A model generated the notes under the pieces. That model was given only the letters and a program-made list of their open reading frames with translations, was not told the DNA's origin and made no database searches. A DNA stretch of 64,000 nt from Patescibacteria group bacterium (lineage in GTDB: Bacteria > Patescibacteriota > Patescibacteriia > UBA9570 > JAHJKD01), in contig JAZDOC010000014.1 in the NCBI GenBank assembly GCA_043798935.1, positions 3,549 to 67,548 of the forward strand. The letters run 5' to 3'. Each line of letters begins with the position of its first letter. Position 1 is the stretch's first letter. Below, one piece after another: positions 48,482 through 59,366 of the stretch. The position numbers were made by a program, and so were the translations under genes.

Positions 48482-48793
48482 TTATATAGTTTCCTTACAT
48501 TTACTGCAAGTTCTAACTTTTTTATTATTTTCTAATTTTTTAAAACCAATTCTGGTAAGCTTGTTGCATTTGGAACAAATCAATTGCACATTAGAAACAT
48601 TTAATGGAGCATCAAATTCAATTCGTTGGCCTTTTTCGCGCTGTTTTTTAGCTTTTAAATGCTTTACCATTTTATTACACCCTTCAACAACTAATCTTTG
48701 TTCGGATGGAAAAATTTGTAATACTTTACCTTTTTTTCCTTTATCTTTTCCGGCTACGATTTTCACGTTATCGCCTTTTTGAATCTTTATCAT
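48482..48793 (-). CDS. rplX: 50S ribosomal protein uL24
   Basis: KGDNV.IVAGKDKGK.G, SNV. Confidence 0.97.
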   Translation of the reverse strand: MIKIQKGDNVKIVAGKDKGKKGKVLQIFPSEQRLVVEGCNKMVKHLKAKKQREKGQRIEFDAPLNVSNVQLICSKCNKLTRIGFKKLENNKKVRTCSKCKETI

Positions 48794-48834
48794 ATTATTT
48801 ATATTATTTGTACAGATAGAATAATATTCTTTCT

Positions 48835-49206
48835 CTACAATACTTCTGGTGCTAGCGAAGCAATTTTATTAAAACCTAAATTTTTAATTTCTCGAGGGAT
48901 AGGACCAAATACGCGTGTTCCTTTTGGTTCTTTATTTTTCTTATCAATAATAACTACAGCATTATCGCCGAAACGAATATAGCTTCCATCTTTACGACGC
49001 GTTTCTTTGCGAGTGCGTACTACCACAGCATGTAGAACTTGGCCTTTTTGTACCATTGAATGCGGTGCAGCTTCTTTAACTGATAAAGTAATAATATCGC
49101 CAATTCGAGCATATCTTTTTTGATAACCACCTAATACTCTAATACAGGCGACTCTTTTTGCTCCGGTGTTATCAGCTACTTTTAAAATACTTCTTAATTG
49201 AATCAT
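48835..49206 (-). CDS. rplN: 50S ribosomal protein uL14
   Basis: [22 protein letters not shown]. Confidence 0.98.
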   Translation of the reverse strand: MIQLRSILKVADNTGAKRVACIRVLGGYQKRYARIGDIITLSVKEAAPHSMVQKGQVLHAVVVRTRKETRRKDGSYIRFGDNAVVIIDKKNKEPKGTRVFGPIPREIKNLGFNKIASLAPEVL

Positions 49207-49212
49207 AATATT

Positions 49213-49461
49213 TTAACTATAAATTACTCTCCATTTTTTATCTTTACTAATTGGCCGGCATTCAACAAAAACGACTTTATCTCCTACTTTGTATTGGTTC
49301 TTAGCATCATGTACTTTAAATTTTCGGCTAATTTGATATCTTTTCTGGTATTTTTTATGCATACGAACACTATCTATTCGAACCACAATAGTTTTATCCA
49401 TTTTATCAGAAACCACAATACCTTCTAATTTCTTTTCAATTTTATTGTTTTCCTTGGTCAT
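49213..49461 (-). CDS. rpsQ: 30S ribosomal protein uS17
   Basis: VVSDKMDKTIVV, ECRPISKDK.W. Confidence 0.97.
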   Translation of the reverse strand: MTKENNKIEKKLEGIVVSDKMDKTIVVRIDSVRMHKKYQKRYQISRKFKVHDAKNQYKVGDKVVFVECRPISKDKKWRVIYS

Positions 49462-49651
49462 TTGTTTGTTGCTTTAATATTGTTAGAACATTAGCTATTT
49501 TTTTCTTCACAACTCTGATTTGACGGATATTACGTAATTGCTTATTAGCATCTTTAAAACGTAATTCGCGGAGTAATTCCCGTTGTTCGGCTAGAATTGC
49601 ATTTAATTCTGTTGCGCTTTTGGCTTTTAATTCTTTTAAATTATCTTTCAT
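49442..49651 (-). CDS. rpmC: 50S ribosomal protein uL29
   Basis: EL..LRF, IR.VKK.IA..LT; operon position. Confidence 0.93.
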   Translation of the reverse strand: MKDNLKELKAKSATELNAILAEQRELLRELRFKDANKQLRNIRQIRVVKKKIANVLTILKQQTNDQGKQ

Positions 49652-49656
49652 ATATT

Positions 49657-50067
49657 TTAATCTTTGCTAACAAATCTTGTTTTAACTGGTAATTTATGAG
49701 CTGCTAAACGCATAGCTTCACGAGCTTGCTGTTCAGCTACACCTTCGATCTCAAACATAACGGTTCCAGCTTTGACTTCTGATACATAGTGGTCAACACT
49801 TCCTTTGCCGCCACCCATTCTGACTTCTCCACCCTTTAGAGTAATTGGTCTATCTGGAAAAACGCGTATCCAAATTTTTCCGCCACGCTGTACAAAACGT
49901 GTCATGGCTCTTCTGGCTGATTCAATTTGACGAGCTGTAATCCAAGAGCTAGTAGTAGCTTTCAAGCCATATTCGCCGTAACTTAAACTATTTTTACGGC
50001 AAGCATCGCCTTTAATTGGCAATTTGTGCCATTTTCTATGTTTAACTTTTCGGGGCATTAATAACAT
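49657..50067 (-). CDS. rplP: 50S ribosomal protein uL16
   Basis: [20 protein letters not shown]. Confidence 0.98.
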   Translation of the reverse strand: MLLMPRKVKHRKWHKLPIKGDACRKNSLSYGEYGLKATTSSWITARQIESARRAMTRFVQRGGKIWIRVFPDRPITLKGGEVRMGGGKGSVDHYVSEVKAGTVMFEIEGVAEQQAREAMRLAAHKLPVKTRFVSKD

Positions 50068-50069
50068 AT

Positions 50070-50840
50070 TTATTTTTCCTTGTCTTGGTTGATAGTTTTC
50101 TTAACTCTATTATTTAATTTAGCAACTGGCGCTTTTGATTGTCGGCGATTATTTCTGCCAGTTGTTTTGTTTTCTTTTTCATTATCTTCTGTTTTAGCAA
50201 AATCGAATACATCTCCTTTGTAAATCCAAACTTTTAAACCGATAGTGCCATATAATGTATTTACTTTGCCACGAGAATAATCGATATTTGCCCGTAAAGT
50301 ATGAGTCGGAATTTTGCCATCAGTTAAAGATTCGGTTCGCGCAATTTCAACGCCATTTAAACGACCGGAGGCAATTACTTTTATACCTTTAGCACCAGCT
50401 CTTTTTGCTTGTTCAATAGCTCTTTTCATTACACGACGAAATGGCATTCTTTTTAAAATTTGCATAGCCATATTCTGCCGAATTAATTCAGCGTCTAGAT
50501 CGGGCTTACTTATTTCAGTGATTGTAATGATAATTTTAATTTTTTTGCTACCGAAAAACTTTTTTTTAATTTCTTTTTTTATTTCTTCGACACCAGCTCC
50601 ACCCCGACCGATAATAACGCCTGGTTTGGAAGTGTTTAAAATAACTTCAATATTTCCGCCAGATCGTTTGATTTCAATTTTAGATACACCTGAATTTTCA
50701 AATTTATTTTTTATATATTTTCGAATCCGAGTATCTTCTTCCAACATTTTAGGAAAATTTTGTTTCGCACAAAACCATTTGGAATTATGTTCTAATACCG
50801 TATTTAAGCGAAAAACTTTTGGATTTATCTTTTTTCCCAT
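50070..50840 (-). CDS. rpsC: 30S ribosomal protein uS3
   Basis: [30 protein letters not shown]. Confidence 0.98.
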   Translation of the reverse strand: MGKKINPKVFRLNTVLEHNSKWFCAKQNFPKMLEEDTRIRKYIKNKFENSGVSKIEIKRSGGNIEVILNTSKPGVIIGRGGAGVEEIKKEIKKKFFGSKKIKIIITITEISKPDLDAELIRQNMAMQILKRMPFRRVMKRAIEQAKRAGAKGIKVIASGRLNGVEIARTESLTDGKIPTHTLRANIDYSRGKVNTLYGTIGLKVWIYKGDVFDFAKTEDNEKENKTTGRNNRRQSKAPVAKLNNRVKKTINQDKEK

Positions 50841-50841
50841 A

Positions 50842-51264
50842 TTATTTTTTTGTTACGGTTTCTTTATTCTTTAATTCTTTTTCTTCTTTTACGGCTTCTT
50901 TTTTAACTGTTTTTTTCTTGGAATCGTCGGCTGGTTTGCCTTCAAGAGTTAGTGTGACATGGGATGATCTTTTTCGAATTACAGTAGCGCGACCATGGGC
51001 GCGAGGCATTGATCTTTTTAGAGTATAGCCTTCATTAACTAAAACATTTTTCACTATCAAAGAATCGACCAATAAAGAATAATTATTGGTTGCGTTGGCC
51101 ATTGCCGAATGTAAAAGCCTTAATATGTGAGTACAAGAAATTTTATTGGCAAATTCCAACTGCGCTTCTGCCTGTTTTACTGGTAGACCTTTAATTAAAT
51201 GAGCAACCAGCCTAACTTTGCGTGGCGCTATTCTTAAATGTCGTAATTTAGCTTTTACTTCCAT
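50842..51264 (-). CDS. rplV: 50S ribosomal protein uL22
   Basis: RIAPRKVRLV, PRAHGRA; charged C-terminal tail. Confidence 0.97.
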   Translation of the reverse strand: MEVKAKLRHLRIAPRKVRLVAHLIKGLPVKQAEAQLEFANKISCTHILRLLHSAMANATNNYSLLVDSLIVKNVLVNEGYTLKRSMPRAHGRATVIRKRSSHVTLTLEGKPADDSKKKTVKKEAVKEEKELKNKETVTKK

Positions 51265-51283
51265 TGGTATTATAATATATTAA

Positions 51284-51622
51284 TTATTTCTTAGCTCCGT
51301 CTTGGGCTTTTTTAATTTGATCTTTCTTAGCGGTTGCAGCAGCTGTAGCTTGTTCTTTTGCCATCTTACCACCATGACCTTTAAAAGTTTTAGTCGGGGA
51401 AAATTCACCCAATTTATGACCTACCATATTTTCAACAACTGAAAATTCAATAAATTTTTTGCCATTGTGTACTGCAAATGATAAACCAACCATTTCTGGA
51501 ATTATAGTAGACGAACGCGACCAAGTTTTAATTGGTTTGCGATCGTTGGTTGCTTTAGCGGCGTTCACTTTTTTTAACAATTTCTCGTCTACAAATGCGC
51601 CTTTTTTTAAACTTCTTCCCAT
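51284..51622 (-). CDS. rpsS: 30S ribosomal protein uS19
   Basis: [22 protein letters not shown]. Confidence 0.98.
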   Translation of the reverse strand: MGRSLKKGAFVDEKLLKKVNAAKATNDRKPIKTWSRSSTIIPEMVGLSFAVHNGKKFIEFSVVENMVGHKLGEFSPTKTFKGHGGKMAKEQATAAATAKKDQIKKAQDGAKK

Positions 51623-51634
51623 AATTTTAAATTA

Positions 51635-52477
51635 TTATTTTCTCTTTTTCTTTCTTCTTCGAACTATATACAGATTGCTTTTTTTATTAGGATTTCTAGT
51701 TTTTACACCAAGTGCCGGTTTACCGCTTTTAGTTTTAGGATGTTTCATACCAATAGGCTGATTTCCTTCACCGCCACCATGTGGATGATCTACCGGATTT
51801 TGGGCTTTACCGCGAACGGTTGGTTTTATGCCACGATGTCGCATACGACCAGCTTTACCCCAACGAATATTTCTCCACTCAGTATTACTCATTTGGCCAA
51901 TTGTGGCTAAACATTCATTTGATATATTTCTAACTTCTGATGATGGCATTTTAACTTGAGCAAATTTACCTTCATGAGACATAACTAAAATACCATTTCC
52001 GGCACTGCGCGCTATTAATCCACCACGGCCAGGTTCTAATTCTAGATTATAAACCATAATACCAGCTGGAATATGTTTAATTGGCATTCGATTACCTGGA
52101 TTGATTTCTTGCTTTTCTAATGAAGATATTACTTTAGAACCAATTACTAAATTGTTAGGTGCTAAAATATATGACAATTCACCAGTATTGTATTTAATCA
52201 GAGCAATACGCCCACTTCGGTTTGGATCGTATTCAATGGCAATTACTTCAGCTTCTACATCGTATCGATTTCTTTTAAAGTCAACTAAACGGTATCTTTG
52301 TTTAGCTCCGCCACCTTGATGAGGAACTGTAATTTTACCTTGATTATTGCGACCACCCTTTCGTCTTTTAGCAACCGTTAAAGATTTCACCGGCTTCTTT
52401 TTTGTGATATCAGAAAAATCATCAACGCTTGATTTTCGTCGACCCGGGGTTGTTGGTTTGTATTTAGTTACTCCCAT
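51635..52477 (-). CDS. rplB: 50S ribosomal protein uL2
   Basis: EYDPNRS, NPVDHPHGGGEG. Confidence 0.98.
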   Translation of the reverse strand: MGVTKYKPTTPGRRKSSVDDFSDITKKKPVKSLTVAKRRKGGRNNQGKITVPHQGGGAKQRYRLVDFKRNRYDVEAEVIAIEYDPNRSGRIALIKYNTGELSYILAPNNLVIGSKVISSLEKQEINPGNRMPIKHIPAGIMVYNLELEPGRGGLIARSAGNGILVMSHEGKFAQVKMPSSEVRNISNECLATIGQMSNTEWRNIRWGKAGRMRHRGIKPTVRGKAQNPVDHPHGGGEGNQPIGMKHPKTKSGKPALGVKTRNPNKKSNLYIVRRRKKKRK

Positions 52478-52513
52478 ATTTATACTTTACTATTTGATAA
52501 TTGCTTATTAATT

Positions 52514-52960
52514 TTATACACCCTCAAATACTTGAATTGTTTCACCTTTCTTTAGATACACTATGGCTTTTTTCCATTTTTTTGTGCTTCCGCTTGTTCT
52601 GCCCCAACGTACTTTTTTACTTTTTACATTCAAAATGTTGACTCGAAACGGTGTTACACCGTAAACAGTTTTAATCGCCTTTTTTACCTCTTGCTTATTT
52701 GATTTGCTATCAATCATGAAAATGTATGATCCGGTTTGAGTAGCTTTTTCAGTAATAATCGGTTTTAATAAAACTTTATAAGCTAATTTAGTGTTCTTTT
52801 TAGAAGCTTTAAGAACTTCTTTTTTTTCGGCTTTTTTCTTTAAAAGCTTACCTTTTTCAGCATCATCTTTTTTTGGTGCATCACTAATTTTTGGCTGTTG
52901 TGGTGCTCGAGTAGCAGCTTGATCTTTTTTATCGGTTTTTAAAAAGTCTAATATGCCCAT
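52514..52960 (-). CDS. rplW: 50S ribosomal protein uL23 with N-terminal extension
   Basis: PIITEKA, KKAIV.L; ~55-aa Lys-rich extension. Confidence 0.95.
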   Translation of the reverse strand: MGILDFLKTDKKDQAATRAPQQPKISDAPKKDDAEKGKLLKKKAEKKEVLKASKKNTKLAYKVLLKPIITEKATQTGSYIFMIDSKSNKQEVKKAIKTVYGVTPFRVNILNVKSKKVRWGRTSGSTKKWKKAIVYLKKGETIQVFEGV

Positions 52961-52962
52961 AT

Positions 52963-53598
52963 TTATTTTTTATTATAAACTGCTAGAATTTTATCTAATG
53001 TTTCTATATCGATTACGAAATATTCATTTTTTAATAAATCCACAACGTTTAAACTATCTGCGGCGCATAAATTGATTTTCATAAAATTATTAGCAGCTTT
53101 TAATACTTTATCGTCTTTTGAAGCTAAACTAATTAAACTTAATTTTTTTGCGCACGGTAATTTGTTAATAATGGCTTTTATGTTTTTTGTTTTGCCTTCT
53201 GGAACTTCTAATTTTTCTAATAATATTAATTTATCGTTAGCGACTTTATCAGATAAAACCATTTTTAAGGCTAAATTTCTAACTTTTTTATTAATCTTTT
53301 TAGAAAAATTACGATTATTTCGTGGACCGAAAATAATACCACCGCCACGCCATAATGGTGAACGACTGGATCCAACTCTGGCCCGACCAGTTCCCTTTTG
53401 GCGCCATGGTTTAGCTCCGCCACCTCTTACTTCGCCTTTAGTTTTAGTGTGAGCTAAAACTTGCCGGCTGTTGGCTTGTTGCGCTACTACCACTTGATGA
53501 ACAACTTCTGCTTTCACTGCCACTTCAAACATTTTAGCATCTAATTCTTGATCGCCGGTAACTTGACCGTCTAAATTGTATATTTTTACTTTAGCCAT
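52963..53598 (-). CDS. rplD: 50S ribosomal protein uL4
   Basis: KPWRQKGTGRARVGS.RSP.WRGGG. Confidence 0.98.
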   Translation of the reverse strand: MAKVKIYNLDGQVTGDQELDAKMFEVAVKAEVVHQVVVAQQANSRQVLAHTKTKGEVRGGGAKPWRQKGTGRARVGSSRSPLWRGGGIIFGPRNNRNFSKKINKKVRNLALKMVLSDKVANDKLILLEKLEVPEGKTKNIKAIINKLPCAKKLSLISLASKDDKVLKAANNFMKINLCAADSLNVVDLLKNEYFVIDIETLDKILAVYNKK

Positions 53599-54196
53599 AA
53601 ATAATTACTAGTCCATTATTTGCGCCTGGTACAGCGCCTTTTAAATATAATAAATTCTTTTCTTTATCTATTTCCGCAATTTTCAAATTAAGCACGGATG
53701 ATTTTTCATTGCCCATATGCCCACCCATTCTTTTTCCTTTAAATACATGGCTCGGAAAAGAACTGGCGCCGATAGAACCGGGCATTCTTAATTGATCTTT
53801 ATGGCCATGACTGGCTGGATGACCATGAAAACCGTGTCGTCTAACTACACCCTGGAAACCTTTACCTTTACTGGTTCCGCTTACTTTAACTTTATCACCT
53901 ACACTAAAAGCGCTAACATCGATAATGTCGCCTCTTTTTAAACCGTGATCATCATCAAGTGGTAATTCTTTAAGAACTTTAAAATCTTCTAACTCTTTTA
54001 GGTGTCCTTTTTGCGCTTTGGTGATTTTTTTAGTTTTACCAAAACCAATTTGGATAGCTGAATAACTATCTTTTTCTTTGGTTTTTACTTGAGTAACTTT
54101 GCATGGGCCGGCTTGTACAATTGTAACTGGAACCACGTCGCCATTTTCAGCGAATTGTTGACTCATTCCAATCTTAGTGCCTAATATAAACTTCAT
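53591..54196 (-). CDS. rplC: 50S ribosomal protein uL3
   Basis: GTKIGMSQ, SKGKGFQG, PGSIG, KGAVPG; likely start ATG 54196. Confidence 0.98.
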   Translation of the reverse strand: MKFILGTKIGMSQQFAENGDVVPVTIVQAGPCKVTQVKTKEKDSYSAIQIGFGKTKKITKAQKGHLKELEDFKVLKELPLDDDHGLKRGDIIDVSAFSVGDKVKVSGTSKGKGFQGVVRRHGFHGHPASHGHKDQLRMPGSIGASSFPSHVFKGKRMGGHMGNEKSSVLNLKIAEIDKEKNLLYLKGAVPGANNGLVIIYG

Positions 54197-54424
54197 AATT
54201 TTTAAAATAAAAAAACTGTAACCCACTCAACTCACTAACTTCCATGACTGAAATAGGTCACAGTTCTTTGGTCTTTTTGATTGTTAGTGTCTTTGGTAGA
54301 TTTTAATCCTCGTTGTTAAACATTTCCAGAAAGCGATATCTATTAATATTAGATCTATTCTTTCTCAAAATATCCAACTGTTTTTTCAAATATCTTAGAT
54401 AGCTCGATAGCTACCAGCTTACTC
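54197..54424 (-). promoter_or_regulatory. Putative ribosomal-protein leader/attenuator between rpsJ and rplC
   Basis: Terminator AACUGUGACCUAUUUCA...UGAGUGGGUUACAGUU-U7 (54209-54265) with alternative pairing CACUAAC/GUUAGUG. Confidence 0.7.
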
Positions 54425-54769
54425 CTACATTTTTATTTCTACATCTACACCAGCCGGCAAATTCAAGTGAGATAGCTCATCAACAGTTTTTGGTGTTGGA
54501 TTCAATATATCGATTAATCTTTTATGCACTCGAATTTCGTATTGATCACGAGCATTTTTATGCACAAAAGTCGAACGTAAAACAGTATATCTGTTTTTTT
54601 CGGTCGGCAATGGGATGGGACCCTTTATCTGGGCCCCGCTCCGCACCGCAGTATCGATAATTGTTTTTGTAGATTGGTCAATGATCTTGTGGTCGTAAGC
54701 TCTGATTTTCACTCTGATTCTCTGAGTTACTTCTTCGCCTTCATTGTTGCCGACTTTTTTCTGCGACAT
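54425..54769 (-). CDS. rpsJ: 30S ribosomal protein uS10
   Basis: [25 protein letters not shown]. Confidence 0.98.
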   Translation of the reverse strand: MSQKKVGNNEGEEVTQRIRVKIRAYDHKIIDQSTKTIIDTAVRSGAQIKGPIPLPTEKNRYTVLRSTFVHKNARDQYEIRVHKRLIDILNPTPKTVDELSHLNLPAGVDVEIKM

Positions 54770-54779
54770 TTACTTTGAT

Positions 54780-55970
54780 TTATTTAATAATTTTTGTAAC
54801 CGCGCCAGCACCTACAGTGTGACCACCTTCACGAATAGCGAATCTCTGTTGTTCTTCCATAGCAATCGGAGCAATAAGCTTAATTGTCATGTTAACAGTG
54901 TCTCCGGGCATAACCATTTCTGTACCCTCTGGTAAAGCTGTAGTTTCACCAGTTACATCGGTAGTTCGCATATAAAATTGCGGTTTATAACCTTTCATGA
55001 ATGGAGTATGTCGGCCACCTTCTTCTTTGGATAGAATATAAACTTGAGCTTCAAATTCTGTGTGCGGTGTAATTGAGCCGGGTTTAGCTAATACTTGACC
55101 ACGTTCAACATCTTCTTTTTTGATACCGCGAAGTAATAAACCAGCGTTATCGCCAGCTTGGCCCTGATTTAATGATTTATTAAACATTTCTACACCAGTA
55201 ACTACGGTTTTCTTAGTTTCGCCTAAACCAACGATTTCAACTTCTTCATTAATTTTAACTACGCCACGATCAATTTTACCAGTTACTACTGTACCACGAC
55301 CTTCAATGGAGAAAATGTCTTCAATCGGCATTAAGAATGGTTTGTCTAGATCTCGAACTGGTACTGGAATGTATGTGTCTAATGCATTTAGTAATTCTTT
55401 AATTGGTTTTGCAGCTGCTTCATCAGATGGATTTTCAACAGCTTTTAAGGCAGAACCTTTAATTACTGGGATTTCATCACCAGGGTAATCGTATTTCTTT
55501 AATAAATCTCTTACTTCTACTTCAACTAAATCTAATAATTCTGGATCGTCTACTTGATCTACTTTGTTTAAAAATACTACGATTTTTGGTACACCAACTT
55601 GATAGGCCAATAAAATATGCTCTCTGGTTTGAGGCATTGGGCCATCAGCAGCTGATACTACTAAAATTGCACCATCCATTTGAGCGGCGCCGGTAATCAT
55701 GTTTTTAATATAATCTGCATGTCCAGGACAATCTACATGTGCATAATGACGTTTTTCAGTTTCATATTCTACATGAGCGGTATTAATTGTAATACCACGT
55801 TCCTTTTCTTCTGGAGCGTTGTCAATTTGGTCAATACTTTTATTTTGGGCTGTACCACCAGACGCACCAATTACTTGCAAAATTGCTGCGGTTAAGGTTG
55901 TTTTACCATGGTCTACGTGACCAATTGTACCCACGTTTACATGTGGTTTTGAGCGATCAAAGTCTGCCAT
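54780..55970 (-). CDS. tuf: Elongation factor Tu
   Basis: [18 protein letters not shown]. Confidence 0.99.
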   Translation of the reverse strand: MADFDRSKPHVNVGTIGHVDHGKTTLTAAILQVIGASGGTAQNKSIDQIDNAPEEKERGITINTAHVEYETEKRHYAHVDCPGHADYIKNMITGAAQMDGAILVVSAADGPMPQTREHILLAYQVGVPKIVVFLNKVDQVDDPELLDLVEVEVRDLLKKYDYPGDEIPVIKGSALKAVENPSDEAAAKPIKELLNALDTYIPVPVRDLDKPFLMPIEDIFSIEGRGTVVTGKIDRGVVKINEEVEIVGLGETKKTVVTGVEMFNKSLNQGQAGDNAGLLLRGIKKEDVERGQVLAKPGSITPHTEFEAQVYILSKEEGGRHTPFMKGYKPQFYMRTTDVTGETTALPEGTEMVMPGDTVNMTIKLIAPIAMEEQQRFAIREGGHTVGAGAVTKIIK

Positions 55971-56066
55971 AATAATTTGTTTAACTAATAGTTAAATTTA
56001 AAGTTTAAAAAATTAAATAATATTGAATAAAAATAAATAAATTAATCGTATTTTTACGCAGATGTG

Positions 56067-56123
56067 ATTATAACATTTGTTAGAATTCTGGCAAGCCTAA
56101 CCATTAAAACTTTCTGTGGATAA
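56067..56123 (-). promoter_or_regulatory. Internal tuf promoter with upstream DnaA box
   Basis: TTGCCA-16 nt-TATAAT (TGn extension); TTATCCACA at 56123-56115. Confidence 0.65.
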
Positions 56124-56133
56124 CTAATTTTAT

Positions 56134-58251
56134 TTATTTTTTTCCTTCTTTTATCTCGGTGGCTACATTACCTGGCACTTCTGCATAGCATGTAAATTCC
56201 ATAGAAGATGACGCGCGACCTTGTGTCATGGAGCGCAAAGAAGTGACATAACCAAACATAGAAGACAACGGCACTTCAGCTCTAACTAATTTACTTTGAC
56301 CACGATCAGTCATTTCTTGAATCTGGCCACGTTTAGCGTTGATATCGCCAATTACGTCTCCCATATATTGTTCCGGAGTTACCACTTCAACCTTCATAAT
56401 TGGTTCTAAAATAATTGGTTTGGCGCGACGAACAGCTTCTTGAAAAGCCATGGAGCCAGCCACTTTAAAAGCCGCTTCTGAAGAGTCTACGTCATGGTAA
56501 GAACCGTCTGTGACAGTAGCTTTAATATTTAATAAAGGATAACCAGCCACGATACCATTGCCCATAGCTTCTTTCACACCCTTTTCAATAGCCGGAATAT
56601 ACTCTCGTGGAATACGACCACCTTTTACTGAATCCACAAACACAAAGTTTGTTTTGCCATCCTCGCCTCTTTCATCTGCTGGAAGCGGTTCAACCGTTAA
56701 GAAACAATGACCATATTGACCACGGCCACCTGATTGCTTAATATATTTACCTTCAGCATTAGCTGTGTCTTTTATGGTTTCTTTATAAGCAACTTGTGGA
56801 TTACCTACGTTGGCTTCAACGCCAAATTCTCGACGCATACGGTCGATTAGAATGTCTAAGTGTAATTCTCCCATGCCAGAAATAATGGTTTGAGATGTCT
56901 CTTCATCAGTTTTAACTCGGAAAGTTGGATCTTCTTCAGCTAACTTACTTAAAGACAAACCCAATTTTTCCTGGTCAGCCTTGGTTTTTGGTTCTATGGC
57001 AATTGAAATAACAGGCTCAGGGAAAACAATTCTTTCAAGTAAAATCGGGTTGCTTTCATCGCATAAAGAGTCTCCGGTAGTGGTTTCTTTTAAACCCACT
57101 ATGGCACCAATGTCGCCGGCTGGAATTTCAGTAATATCTTCTCGAGAATTAGCGTGCATGTGTAATAATCTGGATATTCTTTCTTTTTTTCCGGTTGTAA
57201 CATTATATACATAAGATCCGGATTTTAATACACCAGAATAAACTCGAACAAAGCATAATTTCCCTACAAAAGGATCGGTAGCAATTTTAAATGCTAAACC
57301 TGCTAAAGGCTCATCGTTAGCAGCGTGTCTTTGGATATGAACAGTTTCATCATCGGGATCTTTGCCTTCAATGGCAGGCAAATCTAAAGGTGTGGGCAAA
57401 TAATTGCAAATAGCGTCTAATAATTTTTGCACGCCTTTATTTTTTAAAGCGCTACCACATAAAATTGGTACAATTTTATTGGCAATTACAGCTTTTCGTA
57501 ATACGCGCATTAAATCTGGAATTGCAATTTCTTCACCATTTAAATATTTTTCCATTAGAGCTTCATCATTTTCAACGATGGCTTCGACCAGCTTTGCTCG
57601 ATACTCTTTTACTTTTTCGACCATATCAGCCGGCACGTCTGTTTCTTCAACGTCTTGACCTAAATCATCCTTATAAAAATAAGCTTTTTGAGTAAATAAA
57701 TCTATAAGTCCTTTAAAATTTTCGGCCGCACCGATAGGTAGTTGAATCGGGTGAGCATTTTTAGTTAGACGTTCATGGATAGTGCCTAAATCAAAGTAGA
57801 AATCTGCTCCCATGCGATCCATTTTATTAATAAATCCCATACGCGGAACTTTATACTTTTCAGCTTGATGCCAAACTGTTTCTGATTGAGGTTCAACGCC
57901 AGCCACACCATCAAACACGATAACACCACCGTCTAATACGCGTAGTGAACGTTCTACTTCAGCTGTAAAATCTACATGACCGGGAGTATCGATAATATTT
58001 ATACGAATTTCTTCGCCACCTTTTGGAGTCCAAAAACAAGTGGTAGCGGCTGAAGTAATTGTAATACCACGCTCTCGTTCTTGTTCCATCCAATCCATTT
58101 CGGCCGCACCTTCATGCACTTCACCGATTTTGTGTTTCTTACCCGTATAAAAAAGTATTCTTTCTGAAACAGTTGTTTTACCCGCATCAATATGGGCAAT
58201 AATACCAATATTGCGGACTTTTTCTAAAATAAATGGTTTGCTATCTGCCAT
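56134..58251 (-). CDS. fusA: Elongation factor G
   Basis: [24 protein letters not shown]. Confidence 0.99.
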   Translation of the reverse strand: MADSKPFILEKVRNIGIIAHIDAGKTTVSERILFYTGKKHKIGEVHEGAAEMDWMEQERERGITITSAATTCFWTPKGGEEIRINIIDTPGHVDFTAEVERSLRVLDGGVIVFDGVAGVEPQSETVWHQAEKYKVPRMGFINKMDRMGADFYFDLGTIHERLTKNAHPIQLPIGAAENFKGLIDLFTQKAYFYKDDLGQDVEETDVPADMVEKVKEYRAKLVEAIVENDEALMEKYLNGEEIAIPDLMRVLRKAVIANKIVPILCGSALKNKGVQKLLDAICNYLPTPLDLPAIEGKDPDDETVHIQRHAANDEPLAGLAFKIATDPFVGKLCFVRVYSGVLKSGSYVYNVTTGKKERISRLLHMHANSREDITEIPAGDIGAIVGLKETTTGDSLCDESNPILLERIVFPEPVISIAIEPKTKADQEKLGLSLSKLAEEDPTFRVKTDEETSQTIISGMGELHLDILIDRMRREFGVEANVGNPQVAYKETIKDTANAEGKYIKQSGGRGQYGHCFLTVEPLPADERGEDGKTNFVFVDSVKGGRIPREYIPAIEKGVKEAMGNGIVAGYPLLNIKATVTDGSYHDVDSSEAAFKVAGSMAFQEAVRRAKPIILEPIMKVEVVTPEQYMGDVIGDINAKRGQIQEMTDRGQSKLVRAEVPLSSMFGYVTSLRSMTQGRASSSMEFTCYAEVPGNVATEIKEGKK

Positions 58252-58284
58252 AATATATTAATGAAAATTTATAATAATTAAAAT

Positions 58285-58749
58285 TTAAGCAAAATGAGCG
58301 AAAGCTCGATTTGACTCGGCCATTCTGTGAACATCTTCTCGTTTTTTTACGGCATCACCCTGTTCATTGGAAGCATCAATTAGCTCTAAAGCTAATTTTT
58401 CGCACATTCTCATGCCTTTTCGTTTTTTAGCCGCTTCTAGTAGCCATCTACTAGCTAAATTAAACTTTCTGTTTCCTTTAACTTCAATCGGCACTTGGTA
58501 ATTAGCACCACCAATTCGGCGGGCTTTAACTTCCACCTGTGGAGACACATTTTTAATAGCTAAATTAAAAATATCAAGGCCTTTTTGCTTGGTTTTTTCT
58601 TCAATAATATCAAAGGAATCATAAACGATATCGCGCGCCACGCTTTTTTTACCGCGTTGCATAATATAGTTTATAAACTTAGCTAGAGTTGTATTGTTAA
58701 ATTTTGGATCCGGAGCGATCTCTCTTTTAGGAGCTTGTTTTCCACGCAT
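58285..58749 (-). CDS. rpsG: 30S ribosomal protein uS7
   Basis: GKKSVA, RRIGGANYQVP, MAESNRAFAH. Confidence 0.98.
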   Translation of the reverse strand: MRGKQAPKREIAPDPKFNNTTLAKFINYIMQRGKKSVARDIVYDSFDIIEEKTKQKGLDIFNLAIKNVSPQVEVKARRIGGANYQVPIEVKGNRKFNLASRWLLEAAKKRKGMRMCEKLALELIDASNEQGDAVKKREDVHRMAESNRAFAHFA

Positions 58750-58780
58750 ATATTTATATTTACTTGGTAATAATAATTAA

Positions 58781-59209
58781 TTATTCAGCTTTTACTTTTG
58801 GTCTTTTAGCACCATATAGAGAACGACCCTGCATTCTTTTCTCTACACCCGCAGTATCATAAACTCCGCGTACGATATGATAACGTACACCCGGCAAATC
58901 TTTTACTCTGCCACCGCGTAGCATTACAATGGAATGTTCTTGTAAATTGTGCCCCATGCCCGGAATATAAGCAGTTACTTCCATGCCGTTTGATAAACGG
59001 ACCCTGGCGATTTTACGTAAAGCCGAGTTAGGTTTTTTTGGAGTGGTTGTGGTTACTTTAACGCAAACACCACGTTTAAAAGAACAGCCTTTTTTTAAGG
59101 TTTTTCTTTTTCTCTTTAATGAATTAAAAACAGTCTCCAAAGCTGGAGTTTTACTTTTTCTGACGGCAGTTTTTCTGCCCTTTCGAATTAATTGTGCAAT
59201 TGTTGGCAT
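58781..59209 (-). CDS. rpsL: 30S ribosomal protein uS12
   Basis: [22 protein letters not shown]. Confidence 0.99.
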   Translation of the reverse strand: MPTIAQLIRKGRKTAVRKSKTPALETVFNSLKRKRKTLKKGCSFKRGVCVKVTTTTPKKPNSALRKIARVRLSNGMEVTAYIPGMGHNLQEHSIVMLRGGRVKDLPGVRYHIVRGVYDTAGVEKRMQGRSLYGAKRPKVKAE

Positions 59210-59366
59210 AATTTAGTATGAACAACTTTTATGTTGTTCGTATTATTATTAAATAAATAAAAAAGACATTGTGCGATAAGCTTTGTCTTTTTTCTACTAA
59301 CAGTACATTGCCATGGCCGTTAGCGGAACCGATTTATACAATACTTTATTCAAAATTTATTGTCAA
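59210..59366 (-). promoter_or_regulatory. str operon promoter and structured leader
   Basis: TTGACA(59366-61)-17-TATTGT(59343-38); three hairpins, including terminator-like 59259-59293. Confidence 0.7.

Noticed and set aside
44771-59216. Plus-strand ORFs opposite ribosomal and elongation-factor genes (e.g. 50314..50874)
   Set aside because: Antisense shadows of conserved genes
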